Positions 46,384-48,171 of a DNA stretch of 48,171 bases are shown piece by piece. Within the stretch, counting starts at the first letter, position 1, and each line of letters begins with the position of its first letter. Location of the stretch: NCBI GenBank assembly GCA_039630345.1, contig JBCNVD010000011.1, positions 1 to 48,171 on the forward strand. Reading direction: 5' to 3'. A program made the translations under genes and the position numbers. Below the pieces are notes generated by a model. It made no database searches and was not told the origin of the DNA. It worked only from the letters and a program-made list of their open reading frames with translations. Origin of the DNA: Aquificaceae bacterium. GTDB taxonomy: Bacteria > Aquificota > Aquificia > Aquificales > Aquificaceae.

Positions 46384-47387
46384 CCGCTTTTGCGGTTGAT
46401 TGTATGGGAGGGGACTTTGCGCCCCGTGAGATAGTTAAGGGGTGTTTGCTTGCTTGGAGAGACCTAGGCATTAGGACGATTCTCGTCGGTCAGGCATCGA
46501 AAATAGAAGAGATACTAAAACAGGAAGGCTCTTTTGGAGAGCTGGAGATAGTTGATGCTCCCGATAGCATTGCAATGAACGACCCACCTCTTAGCGTGCT
46601 TCGCAGAAAAGAATCTTCACTTTTTGTTGCTGCAAACTTGGTGCGTGAGGGAAAGGCCGAAGGACTTGTTTCAGCAGGTAGCACCGGGGCGGTTCTTGCG
46701 GTTGGTAAGTTTGTAGTGGGCGCAATGGAAGGTGTTGAGCGCCCTGCTATAGGGGTTGTTTTTCCAAACCTTGAGGGCAGGACTTTTTTGATAGATGTCG
46801 GGGCAAACGTTGATTGTAAGCCAAAACATCTTTTACACTTTGCGGTAATAGGACACGCTTACTCAAAGTTTATACTGGGGGTTGAAAATCCCAGGATTGG
46901 GATTCTTAGCATAGGTGAGGAAGAAGGAAAGGGGAACGACCTGGTTAGAGAAGCTTATGGACTTTTGAAGAATAGTCAGCTAAATTTCAAGGGTAATGCG
47001 GAAGGTCGGGACATATTTGCTGGCGGTTTTGATGTCATAGTTTGCGATGGTTTTGTTGGAAATATAATTTTAAAAGCCAGCGAGAGCTTAGGTCTTACAG
47101 TTATAGAGATGCTAAAAAATAGTGTCAAAAGGAACATTCTTTCGTTAATAGGCGCTTTTTTAATGAAACCTGCCTTTAACGAGCTTAGAAAGAAAGCTGA
47201 TTTTGCTGAATATGGCGGTATACCTTTGCTTGGTGCGGAAAGACCAGTTATTATTACTCATGGAAGAGCTAATGCAAAAGCAATTCGCAACGCAATAAAG
47301 GTCGCAAACCAGTTTTTAACACTTGGTTTTAATGAAAAGCTGCTCAAAAGTCTTAACGAGATATGCCCTCAGGAGGTTAGAGATTAA
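46380..47387 (+). CDS. plsX: Phosphate acyltransferase PlsX
   Basis: AVD.MGGDFAP, VSAGSTGA, DVGAN.D, GEEEGKG, DVIVCDGFVGN, YGG.PLLG, HGR. Confidence 0.97.
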   Translation: MTAFAVDCMGGDFAPREIVKGCLLAWRDLGIRTILVGQASKIEEILKQEGSFGELEIVDAPDSIAMNDPPLSVLRRKESSLFVAANLVREGKAEGLVSAGSTGAVLAVGKFVVGAMEGVERPAIGVVFPNLEGRTFLIDVGANVDCKPKHLLHFAVIGHAYSKFILGVENPRIGILSIGEEEGKGNDLVREAYGLLKNSQLNFKGNAEGRDIFAGGFDVIVCDGFVGNIILKASESLGLTVIEMLKNSVKRNILSLIGAFLMKPAFNELRKKADFAEYGGIPLLGAERPVIITHGRANAKAIRNAIKVANQFLTLGFNEKLLKSLNEICPQEVRD

Positions 47388-48171
47388 TGGGGGTTAGCTT
47401 TCTCGGAGCTGGTATGGCTGTGCCTGAGTTTAAGCTTTTGAATTTTGACCTGGAGAGAATGGTAGATACCAGCGACGAATGGATAAGCTCAAGAACAGGA
47501 ATTAAAAGCAGGTATATCTCTCGCTCCGAGAGCGTAGTGGATTTATCCTATAGAGCATCCCTTAAAGCTCTTGATATGGCCAGGATTGATCCTAGCGATG
47601 TTGATACTTTAATTGTTGCTACCATTACCCCGCAGATGGGCTTTCCTGCAACTGCCTGCCTTTTGCAAGAGCAACTTGGATGCAACAGAGCTTATGCTTT
47701 TGATATATCAGCAGCATGCAGTGGATTTCTCTATGGACTTGAACTTGCCTCGGCTCTGATTGAATCTCAAAGAGCAAAGAATGTGCTCTTGGTTGGTGCG
47801 GAAACCTTATCGCAGATGGTGGATTGGAGTGATCGCTCTACATGTGTGCTGTTTGGGGATGGAGCAGGAGCGGTGGTCCTCGGAGAGGGAGAGGGAGAGA
47901 TTATTGGCTCTGCTCTTTATTCAGATGGGAAATATGCGGATATTCTCTATGCAGAGCGCTGTAGCACCATAAAGATGAAGGGCAAGGAGCTATTCAAGCT
48001 CGCAGTGAGGCTAATGGCACAGGCATGCGAGGAGGTTTTGCAAAAGCGTGGCTATTCTATAGAAGATGTTAGCTTGGTGATTCCGCATCAGGCAAATGCA
48101 AGGATAATAACTGCACTTGCCCAACGGCTTGGCCTAAGCGAGGATAAGGTATTTGTAAACATAGACAGATA
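47387..48171 (+). CDS. fabH: 3-oxoacyl-ACP synthase III (3' end truncated by the window)
   Basis: Not in the ORF track. Manual translation from ATG 47387 gives DTSDEWI..RTGI..R, AFDISAACSGF, DRSTCVLFGDGAGA, IPHQAN.RI; rpmF-plsX-fabH synteny. Confidence 0.96.
   Translation, partial: MGVSFLGAGMAVPEFKLLNFDLERMVDTSDEWISSRTGIKSRYISRSESVVDLSYRASLKALDMARIDPSDVDTLIVATITPQMGFPATACLLQEQLGCNRAYAFDISAACSGFLYGLELASALIESQRAKNVLLVGAETLSQMVDWSDRSTCVLFGDGAGAVVLGEGEGEIIGSALYSDGKYADILYAERCSTIKMKGKELFKLAVRLMAQACEEVLQKRGYSIEDVSLVIPHQANARIITALAQRLGLSEDKVFVNIDR

Noticed and set aside
1..48171. CRISPR array, tRNA/rRNA, IS element or prophage
   Set aside because: No spaced direct repeats, no intergenic gap long enough for a structured RNA (all under about 60 bp), and no transposase, integrase or phage ORFs seen.

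Overview
A gene-dense, mostly housekeeping chromosomal segment with about 52 CDSs, tiny intergenic spaces and many overlaps. It is most likely from an Aquificota (Aquificaceae-like) thermophile. That assignment is inferred from a cytochrome c552 very close to the Hydrogenobacter thermophilus protein as I recall it, and from the scrambled operons. I saw no rRNA, tRNA, CRISPR array, transposase or prophage. Main points of interest: (1) a coupled minus-strand module of an MglA-type small GTPase, a protein with three DUF4388/PATAN-like repeats, an OmpR regulator and a HAMP kinase, with no MglB/roadblock gene in the window; (2) about 16 kb away, a RomR-like protein with two degenerate receiver domains and Pro-rich linkers, coupled to a 2-TM protein; (3) a 929-aa beta-propeller plus AAA+ (MoxR/CbbQ/dynein-related) fusion upstream of rng-bamD-rsfS; (4) an archaeal Hel308/Ski2-like helicase coupled to rbfA; (5) a LapA-LapB fusion; (6) a split Mrp antiporter with a duplicated D subunit; (7) holB and rsmG apparently starting at ATT 7 nt after GGAGG, and mnhF possibly at CTG; (8) 13 SD-less genes with a -10-like hexamer 5-9 nt before the start codon, suggesting leaderless mRNAs; (9) a perfect GC-rich hairpin just upstream of eno. 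All family assignments come from motif recognition, not database searches. Several start coordinates are refined relative to the ORF track.
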